From positions 160,001 through 224,000 of the IMG/VR virus record IMGVR_UViG_3300045988_171958: a stretch of DNA of 64,000 nt. The stretch is one strand, 5' to 3'. Position 1 is the stretch's first letter, and the number at the start of each line of letters is the position of its first letter. The position numbers and the translations under genes were made by a program. The stretch is from a virus. A model generated the notes under the pieces. That model saw nothing but the letters and a program-made list of their open reading frames with translations. It searched no databases and was not told where the DNA came from. Below, piece by piece: positions 17,840-27,458 of this stretch.

Positions 17840-19885
17840 ATGAATACAGAAATATTCCCAAATATTAATCGTGAACCTGATCCATCTTATGATATGTCAA
17901 AAGATGTTGATATTCTCGTAATGAAATATAGAGATTATCACAATTTGACAGATGATGAAGCTAAGTTTCTTCTTGATAAAGCAAAAGATGCTTATTACAA
18001 TACTGGCAAGGAAATCCTTAATGATAACGAATACGATAATCTTGAGAAGTCATTAGGTCAGGAAAACAAGACTTATGTTGGTTCAAAACATTCTGACAAC
18101 TATACCGTAAAGCACCCATTTATGATGGGTAGCTTATCTAAAGTACAGATTCATGAGAAGGCCGATGGCAGTATTGATTGGACTACTTACTTGAATTCTA
18201 TCTTCAGTTATATATACAATGGTAAAGAGAAAGTATGTAAGGTAATTGTTACACCAAAGTATGATGGTTGTTCATTTGAAATTCATATTACAAAGAAGTC
18301 AGATGGTACTTTAGATATAACATATTCCGGTCGTGGTGATGGTGAATATGGTAAAGATATTTCTAATCAGATTAAGCCTATCTTTGATTGCAAAGGTGGT
18401 TTCTTTAATTTTGTAATGGAAAAATCTGGTAATGCTTCTGAGGTAACATTACGAGGTGAAGTACTTATAGACAAATCAACATTCAAGCAGAGATTTGCAG
18501 ATAAGTTTGCAAATACTAGAGCTTTTGTTGCTGGTATGCTCAATAGAATTGATAAGGATGTTCATGAATATGTATATCTGTTCCCTATTATCTATGATTA
18601 CAGAATAAAAGAGAATGGTGAATGGAAAGATCTTGATTGGACTCGCCTCCTTACTGATAACCCATTTGAATACAATACATTCTTCCCAAGCTTCTATGAT
18701 GAAGGTATTGAACTGAATACTGTAGATGACTTGATTCGTATATATAAGAAGTATGAAGAGTACAGAAACATGTCAGAATATTCTCAGGATGGTATTGTCA
18801 TCAAACCAGTAGAATCAGAAAGACAGAACAATTTGACTGAACGTCGACCTGCAGATTGTGTTGCCATCAAGTACATTCCTATGACTGAACCAACAACAGT
18901 AATTGATATCGAATGGAATCTTGGTAAGTCAGGTGAATATATTCCTACTATTGTTACTAACCCTGTATATATGGATGGTAAGAAAATTACAAGAGCATCA
19001 GCATTCAATGCAGGTTATCTAATGGATAGAAAAATCAGTGTTGGTACTAAGGTTGTTCTTTCATTAGCTGGTGATATTATTCCTTACATATACAAAGTTT
19101 ATGATTACACAAACTTTGATCCTGCTAAATTAGGAAAAAGCTTCCCATCATCAGATAGTTATATAGATGGAATTCATGTAATGGCTTCTAAGATTGATAA
19201 TGAATTTGAATTGTTGAATTCTGCATTGAGTTTCAAGATTCCTGGATTTGGAACATCAACAGTACAAGATTTCATCAAATGGAAGAAGAAGGATTGTGAA
19301 CCAGATGAATTCTTTGGTATTGAAGCAAAAGAAATGCCATGGAATATTCTTCTATGTACACCAACAGAAATTGAGAATGCTATAGGTGGCAAGACAGGTT
19401 CTAATGTAAATAAAGCATATACCAAGTTGCTTAAGAACATTAAATTAAAAGATATCATACTATCTTGCAATTTCAGATTATGTGGTGATAAAGTTGCTCA
19501 GCAAATAGAGAATAAGTTGATTGGATTGCCTTATGACTTTACAAGTATGTCACATATTGCTTATGATTGGGCTGATGATAAGGAATCATCAAACTGGAAG
19601 AGATTCAAAGAGATTCTTGATTTCAATGGATGGTCATTAGATTCTTTCAAGTTATCTGGGAAAGAGTTAGCAGACACTAAGAAAGAAAATGACAAGATTC
19701 CTGTAATACTTACTGGTGAACCAAATAATTATTCTAGCAAAGCAGAATTCTTGAAGTGCCATCCAGAATATCGAATGACTGGTTCTTGGAAAGAGGTAAA
19801 GATTGTATTCACTAATTCATTGGAATCAAATACTGGTAAGATGAAGCGCGCCAGAGAGAAAGGAGTAGAAATACGACTTTATTAG
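17840..19885 (+). CDS. ligA: NAD+-dependent DNA ligase (LigA family, 681 aa)
   Basis: N-terminal Ia-like AKDAYYNTGKEILNDNEYDNLEKSL; adenylation motif VTPKYDGCSFEI (KxDG); length and C-terminal BRCT-like tail. Confidence 0.85.
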   Translation: MNTEIFPNINREPDPSYDMSKDVDILVMKYRDYHNLTDDEAKFLLDKAKDAYYNTGKEILNDNEYDNLEKSLGQENKTYVGSKHSDNYTVKHPFMMGSLSKVQIHEKADGSIDWTTYLNSIFSYIYNGKEKVCKVIVTPKYDGCSFEIHITKKSDGTLDITYSGRGDGEYGKDISNQIKPIFDCKGGFFNFVMEKSGNASEVTLRGEVLIDKSTFKQRFADKFANTRAFVAGMLNRIDKDVHEYVYLFPIIYDYRIKENGEWKDLDWTRLLTDNPFEYNTFFPSFYDEGIELNTVDDLIRIYKKYEEYRNMSEYSQDGIVIKPVESERQNNLTERRPADCVAIKYIPMTEPTTVIDIEWNLGKSGEYIPTIVTNPVYMDGKKITRASAFNAGYLMDRKISVGTKVVLSLAGDIIPYIYKVYDYTNFDPAKLGKSFPSSDSYIDGIHVMASKIDNEFELLNSALSFKIPGFGTSTVQDFIKWKKKDCEPDEFFGIEAKEMPWNILLCTPTEIENAIGGKTGSNVNKAYTKLLKNIKLKDIILSCNFRLCGDKVAQQIENKLIGLPYDFTSMSHIAYDWADDKESSNWKRFKEILDFNGWSLDSFKLSGKELADTKKENDKIPVILTGEPNNYSSKAEFLKCHPEYRMTGSWKEVKIVFTNSLESNTGKMKRAREKGVEIRLY

Positions 19886-19926
19886 GCTAAAGAAAAGAAT
19901 ATCGAAATTAAATTGTATTAGAGAAA

Positions 19927-20229
19927 ATGGTAAACTATTTATTGATAAGTGAAAACTACAACAAAGCAGAATGTGATGAACATACATTACCTGGAGAATT
20001 CTTGCTTAAGCAACTTGATAATTTTCCATTGATAGTAGATGCATCTCCAACTAAACTAGCTTGCATTAAAGAATATATCAGGTTGCATTTGAACGATGAT
20101 GTGAGATATGTTATCTATCAGGATAAGAGATGTTCATGCTCTTGTTGTTGCCTTCCATCAAGAATAAATGATTTTGAAAAGTCCATAAAGAAGATAACAG
20201 CTATAGTTTATGAAAAACTTGATTTATAA
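19927..20229 (+). CDS. hypothetical Cys-rich protein (100 aa)
   Basis: ORF; CSCSCCC cluster. Confidence 0.5.
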   Translation: MVNYLLISENYNKAECDEHTLPGEFLLKQLDNFPLIVDASPTKLACIKEYIRLHLNDDVRYVIYQDKRCSCSCCCLPSRINDFEKSIKKITAIVYEKLDL

Positions 20230-20476
20230 AAGAAAATATCGACCTATAACAGGAAAATCATCTATGGAATCTAGAATACAGTTATTTGCTTTTCAGTTGA
20301 TAGCTGTACTAGATTCTGGAGATTGGTCTACTGGTAGAAACATGTTCAATACTATAATAAAAGAGGAGTTAGCAAAGTTGAATGACTTTGATTTAGTAGA
20401 AGTATTGTATGTTGACAATATTGTTATTGATGTACATGGTAAAGTAGGTATAGGTATATATGAAGTTTCAATTTAA
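20210..20476 (+). CDS. hypothetical protein (88 aa)
   Basis: ORF overlaps the upstream gene by 20 nt. Confidence 0.45.
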   Translation: MKNLIYKRKYRPITGKSSMESRIQLFAFQLIAVLDSGDWSTGRNMFNTIIKEELAKLNDFDLVEVLYVDNIVIDVHGKVGIGIYEVSI

Positions 20477-20487
20477 CATTTATTAAT

Positions 20488-20817
20488 ATGTGGAAGACAG
20501 TATTTGAATGCTCAGATGGAATAGAAAGACCTAACTTTGCATTAGACACATTTATCGTAAAGGGTGGTATAGAAAAGGGAGAAGCTTATAATTTATTTAT
20601 TTGCTCTAGAAATAGGATTACGGATAATTATGATAGTGATTTGTATGATGACTTGAGAGATAGAGACATAACATTCAGAATTTCCATCATGCAAACAGAA
20701 ACAATTGTATATAGTGATAGAGTAAGCTATAGTACTAAATGTTTGAATCCATTGAAAGATGGTATCAATACTTTTGATGACTTTAAAACAATAAAAATTG
20801 AAGAAAAAGTTAAATAA
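20488..20817 (+). CDS. hypothetical protein (109 aa)
   Basis: ORF. Confidence 0.5.
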   Translation: MWKTVFECSDGIERPNFALDTFIVKGGIEKGEAYNLFICSRNRITDNYDSDLYDDLRDRDITFRISIMQTETIVYSDRVSYSTKCLNPLKDGINTFDDFKTIKIEEKVK

Positions 20818-20819
20818 AT

Positions 20820-20850
20820 TTTGAAATTTTCTAAATAGTTTCTATCTTAT
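20820..20850 (+). promoter_or_regulatory. repeated promoter cassette TTTGAAATTT-N12-TTCTATCTTA
   Basis: TTTG at 20820, CTAT at 20842 (offset 22). Confidence 0.6.
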
Positions 20851-20884
20851 TCATGTCAAACAAATGTTTAATATTTAAAATATT

Positions 20885-21169
20885 ATGATTATGAACAATA
20901 TGAATAAGTCAGTAGCAGCATCAGTAAACAACTCAGTAATGAACAACTCTTCTAACTTCAAGGAGTTCAACTTGGATGAAGCAAAGAAAGGTGCTAAGTT
21001 GGTAACACGAGATGGGAGAAAAGTAAAATTCGTTTGTGTTAGTCGTGATAAGATTTTAGCAACAGTCTTCGGTAAAGTTTCATACGAAGACCGCCAATAT
21101 AAATTCAATTTGGATGGTTCTCGTTATAAGAACCTCATTCACAACTTGGATTTGATGATTGCTGCCTAG
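20885..21169 (+). CDS. hypothetical protein (94 aa)
   Basis: + strand ORF preferred over the antisense ORF 20875..21108 because of the promoter upstream. Confidence 0.5.
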   Translation: MIMNNMNKSVAASVNNSVMNNSSNFKEFNLDEAKKGAKLVTRDGRKVKFVCVSRDKILATVFGKVSYEDRQYKFNLDGSRYKNLIHNLDLMIAA

Positions 21170-21229
21170 CTTCAGCTGTACTGAAGCATAAAGTACTAAG
21201 GCAATCAACTGGGAGAAATTTTTCATCAT

Positions 21230-21260
21230 TTTGAAATTTTTCTCCCCTTTTCTAAATTAA
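21230..21260 (+). promoter_or_regulatory. promoter cassette variant TTTGAAATTT-N12-TCTAAATTAA inside an imperfect stem-loop
   Basis: TTTG at 21230, CTAA at 21252 (offset 22). GGGAGAAATTT...AAATTTTTCTCCC hairpin spans about 21211-21246. Confidence 0.5.
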
Positions 21261-21272
21261 TTCTGATAAAAT

Positions 21273-22496
21273 TTGAAAGAAATGAGAAATCCAAGATTAT
21301 ATTTTACAATTGAATTAGGAATATTTTATCCTTATCGAGGTCAAAATTCTGTATTGGATGTAAAATTTCGTGGAAACACGAAATTGATTGAAGAAAATAA
21401 AAAAGGATATACTAAGAAGCAAATAGACTTCATAGACAGAAACAAAAATAAATCAGTAATATATTATACTGATAAATATATTTTTGATTCCAAGAAGTTT
21501 ACTTTTGTTTTTCAAGGAATTCCTAATATTGCTTCTGATGATGATCTGAATGATTTGTTCAGTAAGAAATGTCAGTTTGATCCAACTATGGATTATGATA
21601 TTAATGATGAACAAACAGAAGTTGTAACAACAAAGGTAGAAGATGGAACAGTAAAGAAGATTATAAAGTCAGAAAATTTTATTGATTCATTACCAGATTG
21701 CCCAGATGTGGAAAATACTGGTTTCTATGTTGAAAACAAGAACTGGAAATATCTTGTAAGAAACATAATGAGAAAAAAACCAACATTATTAATTGGACCT
21801 ACCGGTACTGGTAAGACAGAATTGATATTGATGGCTTGTAAGCAACTTGGAATTAATTGTGAAGTACATGATATGGGTGCTATGCAAGATCCATTAACTG
21901 ATTTGCTTGGATGCCACCGTATTAAAGATGGTAGTTCTACTTTTGATTATGCAAAGTTTGTTGATGATGTTCAGAAACCAGGTGTAATATTGCTTGATGA
22001 GCTTTCAAGAGCCCCATTGATGACAAACAATATTCTGTTTCCTTGTCTAGATTCTCGTAGAGAACTACCATTAGCAATTGCAGATTCTGAAGGCCCACGT
22101 TCTGTAAAAGTACATCCAGATTGTGTATTCATTGCTACTGCTAACATTGGTTCTGAATATAGTGGTACACAAGAAATTGATGCTGCTTTAATGAACAGAT
22201 TCTTACCATTGAAAGTGGATTATATGCCTGCTAGAAATGAGATAGAAGTATTGAAGAACAGATGTAAGATATCAGAAGATGATGCTACTATCATTGTAAA
22301 GTTTGCAAATGCAATGAGACAAGAAAATAAGAAAGGTGTCGTGAATTTTCCTGTTTCTACAAGAGAGAATATTGCTATTGGGGAAATGATTGCTGATGGA
22401 TTTGATATCGTGGATGCAGTAAATTTTGTAGTTTGCAATAAATTCAATGATGATGATGTCAAACCAGTAAAGCAGCTTATGATGACACTTTCTTAA
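21273..22496 (+). CDS. AAA+ ATPase, MoxR/CobS-like (407 aa; start TTG 21273 or ATG 21282)
   Basis: Walker A LLIGPTGTGKTE, Walker B VILLDELSRA. Confidence 0.8.
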   Translation: MKEMRNPRLYFTIELGIFYPYRGQNSVLDVKFRGNTKLIEENKKGYTKKQIDFIDRNKNKSVIYYTDKYIFDSKKFTFVFQGIPNIASDDDLNDLFSKKCQFDPTMDYDINDEQTEVVTTKVEDGTVKKIIKSENFIDSLPDCPDVENTGFYVENKNWKYLVRNIMRKKPTLLIGPTGTGKTELILMACKQLGINCEVHDMGAMQDPLTDLLGCHRIKDGSSTFDYAKFVDDVQKPGVILLDELSRAPLMTNNILFPCLDSRRELPLAIADSEGPRSVKVHPDCVFIATANIGSEYSGTQEIDAALMNRFLPLKVDYMPARNEIEVLKNRCKISEDDATIIVKFANAMRQENKKGVVNFPVSTRENIAIGEMIADGFDIVDAVNFVVCNKFNDDDVKPVKQLMMTLS

Positions 22497-22559
22497 ATGA
22501 GTACATATATGCTTTAATTTATTAAATTATCTAAATATTATTTAAAGGAGTTTGTAAGT

Positions 22560-22910
22560 ATGGCATTACCAATTTTATCAAAATTAAAGAAAGAAGTTAG
22601 TCTTAATAAGTCCAACCACGATGTCGGCCAAGTATTGGTATCTTTTGATGCATCAGATTCTACAAAGTGTCTTATCATAAGTAGAAAGAAGTACTTTCTT
22701 GATAAGGGTGGACCTAACAATATTTGCCAATGGAAAGTATTGAAGGAAATCACTGCATTATCGGATATTGGAAAGTGTGTATGTATTTCAATGGACACAG
22801 CATTTGAGATAGTGAAGACAGAGATAGTAGACTGGAAAGAGTTTGATGATCCAAGGTATATAAATATTGATGAGTCAGAGTTTCCGTGTCCATATAAATA
22901 TCAACTCTAG
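22560..22910 (+). CDS. hypothetical protein (116 aa)
   Basis: ORF; rare SD-like AAAGGAG upstream. Confidence 0.55.
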   Translation: MALPILSKLKKEVSLNKSNHDVGQVLVSFDASDSTKCLIISRKKYFLDKGGPNNICQWKVLKEITALSDIGKCVCISMDTAFEIVKTEIVDWKEFDDPRYINIDESEFPCPYKYQL

Positions 22911-22970
22911 CGAGTTGAGATCAAGTTAATCAACTTTAATGAGTTGAGATTAGAATGAATTAAAAACATT

Positions 22971-23050
22971 CACACAGGGACGTTAAAATTGTCTTAGCTG
23001 ATAGAATATACTGAATCATAATTATCCGCTCCCTGTGTGACCCAGGCGCC
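22971..23050 (-). ncRNA. GC-box hairpin element, copy A (inverted orientation)
   Basis: Reverse complement of GCGCCTGGGTCACACAGGGAGCGG at 23026-23049; 10-bp stem 23031-23040 / 22971-22980. Confidence 0.6.
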
Positions 23051-23075
23051 ACCCTGGAGAATATTATAAGAGCTT

Positions 23076-23339
23076 ATGAAAAAGTTAATTTATGTATTTA
23101 GAGGTTACCTTATATGCTATGGTATTATAGGTAACATATACAAGACCAAATGGAGAGATACAAATCCAAATAAGAATTATGTAGATCCATTGTTTTGGAT
23201 GAAGTATCATTATACAGATGAATTGTGGTCACCACATGCATTCTATGGAAGACTTGGGAAGTATACAAGTACTAAATTATTTACTTATGAGTATGTAGGA
23301 AGATGGTTTGTTGATAGTAGTATAGAAGATTGGAATTAA
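23076..23339 (+). CDS. hypothetical protein (87 aa)
   Basis: ORF. Confidence 0.5.
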   Translation: MKKLIYVFRGYLICYGIIGNIYKTKWRDTNPNKNYVDPLFWMKYHYTDELWSPHAFYGRLGKYTSTKLFTYEYVGRWFVDSSIEDWN

Positions 23340-23343
23340 TATT

Positions 23344-23820
23344 ATGGCACAGAATTTTAAAAATTACAAAGCATTTGATTATGATATAAAGACTAGGAAG
23401 AAGATGAACGATGTAGATATGACTTATGTTCCTAGATTCTTGCTAGTAAGTGTAATAGAAGATAAAACTTATGAATATATAGAGAAAGAAAAGAAGTTGT
23501 ATGTAAGATGGTATACTGACAAAATGATTCCTATTGATAGAATTCATGAAATTATCTGTACAATACCAACTAAGATAGTGCTTAAGACACCTATTGGCAA
23601 TGGATTAGAAATCGATACTGTATTTGCAGGGAAAACAAAAAGGATTGGTTATGATACAGATAATGCTTATGAAACTATTGAAGTAGGTCAATCTGCAGCT
23701 CATATATATAACCAATTGTACAGAAATTGTTCTAATCGCCCATATACACCTTATGGTGGTTTAGCAGATTCAGAAGAAGAAAAAACAGATAAAAACGAAA
23801 AAGACTATGATTTGTTGTAA
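23344..23820 (+). CDS. hypothetical protein (158 aa)
   Basis: ORF. Confidence 0.55.
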   Translation: MAQNFKNYKAFDYDIKTRKKMNDVDMTYVPRFLLVSVIEDKTYEYIEKEKKLYVRWYTDKMIPIDRIHEIICTIPTKIVLKTPIGNGLEIDTVFAGKTKRIGYDTDNAYETIEVGQSAAHIYNQLYRNCSNRPYTPYGGLADSEEEKTDKNEKDYDLL

Positions 23821-24397
23821 AGAAAAGCTTAAGTATGTTTTGCATTATGTAAGAAAAACTTTTAAAGATTATTCAGTTCAATATAAGATATTTGACTTCT
23901 TTGGACTTTTATCTTTGATTTTGAGAAACGTTGCAGAAAGTTATTCACATCTTTTATATTCTTATAAGCACCATGTATGCTTCAAGAAAGTAGAAGCTTA
24001 CTTGCGAGGCAAAGTAATCCATAAGTATCATGATGTTGATAAGATTGTAATGTATGCATTGTTTCCATGGTTAGGAGTTGAATGCATCAATCATATTCAT
24101 ACATTATGGCAGGATCATCATCCATGCTATAAGGATCTAGATGATAATAAAGCTTACAAACCTAAAGATGAAGTAGAATGGACAGAAGCAGTAGTAGATT
24201 GGGAATGTGCTAGATTCACTAAACCAGATAAGCCATTGAATGCTTATGATACATATCTCAAATATTACTATACATCAGAATATACTGGCATCATCGTAAA
24301 TACATTAATATCATTAGGTTTGCTAAGTGTAAAGACTACAGATGCTGGTGTTGTATATGAAGTTACAGATAAGATGGATGATTTCAAATGGAAATAA
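23807..24397 (+). CDS. hypothetical protein (196 aa)
   Basis: ORF; His/Cys/Trp-rich. Confidence 0.55.
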   Translation: MICCKEKLKYVLHYVRKTFKDYSVQYKIFDFFGLLSLILRNVAESYSHLLYSYKHHVCFKKVEAYLRGKVIHKYHDVDKIVMYALFPWLGVECINHIHTLWQDHHPCYKDLDDNKAYKPKDEVEWTEAVVDWECARFTKPDKPLNAYDTYLKYYYTSEYTGIIVNTLISLGLLSVKTTDAGVVYEVTDKMDDFKWK

Positions 24398-24454
24398 ATG
24401 TTCAATTGATTGTCAATGTTCAATATGATTGAACACTTTATTTCTATTGAACAA
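24397..24454. promoter_or_regulatory. array of four TGTTCAAT / ATTGAACA sites (two direct, two inverted)
   Basis: AATGTTCAAT at 24397 and 24415; ATTGAACA at 24428 and 24446; 18-bp spacing within each pair. Confidence 0.5.
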
Positions 24455-24483
24455 TATTTTTAATCAATATATATCGATTAAAA

Positions 24484-24753
24484 ATGAAATCATTATTAGA
24501 ATCAATCACAACGGTTAATGAATCGGGGTTTGATGGAGTTATTGACAATATCAAAGCTTTGTTCTGTTATGATCAGCTTAGCAATATAGAAAAGGATGAG
24601 GTTGCAGAACTATTCAAACCTTATGGCGATGGTGAAATATATGGGACTATCATGAAATTTTCAAAAAATACTGATCTTTCAAGATCAGCTAAATCACAAT
24701 TTAATAAATCAATGAGGATGTGTAAGGATATATATGAAGCATTGAAATCTTAA
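24484..24753 (+). CDS. hypothetical protein with CTS-like N-terminus (89 aa)
   Basis: N-terminus MKSLLESITTVNE|S. Confidence 0.55.
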   Translation: MKSLLESITTVNESGFDGVIDNIKALFCYDQLSNIEKDEVAELFKPYGDGEIYGTIMKFSKNTDLSRSAKSQFNKSMRMCKDIYEALKS

Positions 24754-24764
24754 ATAAAATATTG

Positions 24765-24796
24765 AATGGAACTCTTATATAAGAGTTCCATTTTTT
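24765..24796 (+). terminator. intrinsic terminator
   Basis: 12-bp stem AATGGAACTCTT-atat-AAGAGTTCCATT followed by TTTT. Confidence 0.75.
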
Positions 24797-24879
24797 GATT
24801 GTTAACATTGAACTTGACAAACTTAATTAACTATATTAGATAAAGTATAAGATAAAGTATAATAAACAAATTTAAAACT

Positions 24880-26439
24880 ATGATAATTGACAGATTTTGG
24901 TTAAGAAAGAATCAGACGTATTATATTTTCTATTTGGATGAAAATGGTAACAGAAAATGCTATTCAAAACAAATGCATCATTGGAAAACTTATGAGTACA
25001 ATCCAAATGGAAAGAAGTATACATGGGATGGTAAGAAATGTGATGTGGTATTCAAAGATGCATCTAAGTATCAACCGAATGAATTTGATCAGCTGGAATT
25101 CTTGTATAATTTGCCAGAAGATATCTATAAGGAAGTAATGGCAATGAGATTTCCACGAATCTACTTTTCTGATATAGAGACTGAAATTTCGGATGAATTT
25201 CCAGAACCAGAAAAGGCGGAACAAAGAATTCAGTTGATAAGTCTTGTTGGTCCAGATTTGTCAGTAATGGTATTAGGTATCAAACCATTGAATTCTGATG
25301 AACAAGAAGAATTGAAGGAAAGATACCTTAAATATATAGAAGATAATGATTTTGCAAAAAACCTAATAAAGAAAAAAGGTTTTACACCAAAAGTATATTA
25401 TCAATATTTTGAAACTGAGGAATCAATGATTGAACATTGGTTCACTAGAATAATGCCAAAGATTGGTTGTTTAGCTGGATGGAACTATTATAGATTTGAC
25501 TGGAATTATATTTGGAATAGAACAGTAAAGTTGTTTGGAAAGTTCAAAGCAATGCAATTGATGAGATCTGCCAGTGTTGTTGGAGAAATCAATAAGATTT
25601 CTTGGTCAGAGATGGATGGTACAAAATATAGTATTCCAGCACCACAAGGTTGCATGATATGGGATTATATGGAGCTCATCAAATCTTATGAATATTCAAT
25701 GAGACCTTATGAGTCATATTCATTGGATTGGGTTGGTAGTCATGGTGTTAATGCTCATAAAGTAAAATATGAAGGAACAATGAAGGAATGTTATGAAAAT
25801 GATTTCCCATTGTTTGTTTACTATAATGCTATCGACTCTTGTTTGAATGCTTTGATTCATTATCGTTTCAAATGTATTGAAAGTCCATGTTCTATGGCAA
25901 CAGTAACAGGAATTCCAGCTCAGAAAGCATTAGGTCAGGTGGCTTTGACCACAGCAAATCTGTTCAGATGTTTTTATGATGAAGATCGACATGTTGTATG
26001 GGATTATGATGCTGTTGAAAGAACAAAAGTAAATTATGAAGGTGCTTTTTGTGGATGTGTTCCTGGTCGTTGGGAATATAGTGTATGTGATGACTTTGCT
26101 TCACTTTATCCATCAGTGGTTCGAACTTGCAACATATCAATGGAATCCATTATTACAAATAAAGTAGGTCCAGATAGTCTTGGAAGATATACAGAAATTC
26201 CATGGACAGAAGAAGAGCTTGATAAATTCAGAAAAGACCCTAATTATTTCGTGTCATTGCAAGGAACTGTATACAGAAATGACAAAGAATTCATGTTCGC
26301 TAAAATGCAAAGAATTCAAAAGGAGCGTCGAGATCACTTCAAATATCTCAATTGGTCATTACAAGGCCCAGTAATGATGGAAGTTGATCGACTTATAAAG
26401 ATAAGAGAAAAGGAAAGTAAATGTCAAAAGAATGGATAG
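24880..26439 (+). CDS. family B DNA polymerase, N-terminal part only (exonuclease domain through motif A; 519 aa)
   Basis: Exo I FSDIETE, Exo II GWNYYRFDWNY, Exo III YYNAIDSCL, Pol motif A DDFASLYPS. No KxxxNSxYG or YGDTDS motif before the stop. Confidence 0.85.
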   Translation: MIIDRFWLRKNQTYYIFYLDENGNRKCYSKQMHHWKTYEYNPNGKKYTWDGKKCDVVFKDASKYQPNEFDQLEFLYNLPEDIYKEVMAMRFPRIYFSDIETEISDEFPEPEKAEQRIQLISLVGPDLSVMVLGIKPLNSDEQEELKERYLKYIEDNDFAKNLIKKKGFTPKVYYQYFETEESMIEHWFTRIMPKIGCLAGWNYYRFDWNYIWNRTVKLFGKFKAMQLMRSASVVGEINKISWSEMDGTKYSIPAPQGCMIWDYMELIKSYEYSMRPYESYSLDWVGSHGVNAHKVKYEGTMKECYENDFPLFVYYNAIDSCLNALIHYRFKCIESPCSMATVTGIPAQKALGQVALTTANLFRCFYDEDRHVVWDYDAVERTKVNYEGAFCGCVPGRWEYSVCDDFASLYPSVVRTCNISMESIITNKVGPDSLGRYTEIPWTEEELDKFRKDPNYFVSLQGTVYRNDKEFMFAKMQRIQKERRDHFKYLNWSLQGPVMMEVDRLIKIREKESKCQKNG

Positions 26440-27458
26440 ATAATATATTGCTAAAGTTATTAGGTGATCACAATGGCCATCTAATAACTTCTTATTCTCA
26501 TAAATTTAAAATTGGAAAATATCCTAGGATATCTGAATATTTAAAAAATAGATTTGAAGAATTCATAACATATAGTGAAACTTATGCAAGAATTAAATTA
26601 AAAGTAGAAACTCACCCAGTATGCAAATATTGTGGAAAACCAACAAAATATGGTGGGTGGAAGCTTTTAAAGAAAACTGGTTTATTATATGGGAAATTTT
26701 GCTCTGCAAAATGTGCAAACATATATAATATTGATAAAGTAAAAGAAACGTGTAAGAAAAAATATGGAACCATTTCTGTTTCTCAAACCAAATGGTTTAG
26801 AAAACAAGTTGAGGAAACATCTTTAAAGAAATACGGTGCTAAATGTATTTTATCAAATACAGAAATAAGAGAAAAAATAAAAAATACTTGTAAAAGAAAA
26901 TATGGTGTTGAATATATTTCTCAATCTAAAATTATAATAGATAAAGTTAAAAATTCTTTACTATCTAAATATGGGGTTAAATGTGGTTATAATAAACCAG
27001 ATGTGATGGAAAGAATGAAATCTAAAGAATCACAATTAAAAAGAACTGAAGCTTTAAAAAGAAATAAAAGTTATGTAAAGTCGATTCCAGAAGAAAAATT
27101 AAATGATTTATTAGTAGAAAAATATGGTAAAGATGACATTGAAAGACAATTCATATCTAAAGAATATCCTTGGCATTGTGACTTCTACATTAAATCTTTA
27201 GATACATTTATAGAATTGCAAGGTATGTGGACACATGGTGGACATCCATACAACTTAAATTCAATAAAGGATCAAGTAAAATTACAACGGTGGCAATCAA
27301 AAGCCGACAATGGTTCAAGATTTTACAAGGGTGCAATAAAAGTTTGGACACAATTTGATGTGAATAAAAGAGAAACCGCTATCAAAAACAATTTGAAGTA
27401 TATAGAAGTGTTCGATAGTAGGAATTTTGAAATTCTTTACAATTTGTCTATATTATAG
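26421..27458 (+). mobile_element. free-standing homing-endonuclease-like gene, family copy 1 (345 aa)
   Basis: Zn ribbon CKYCGK..CSAKC; four tandem ~23-aa xxKKYGxxxxSQ repeats; C-terminal YPWHCDFYI...FIELQGMWTHGGH (Vsr/EDxHD-like core). Overlaps the polB fragment by 19 nt. Confidence 0.7.
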
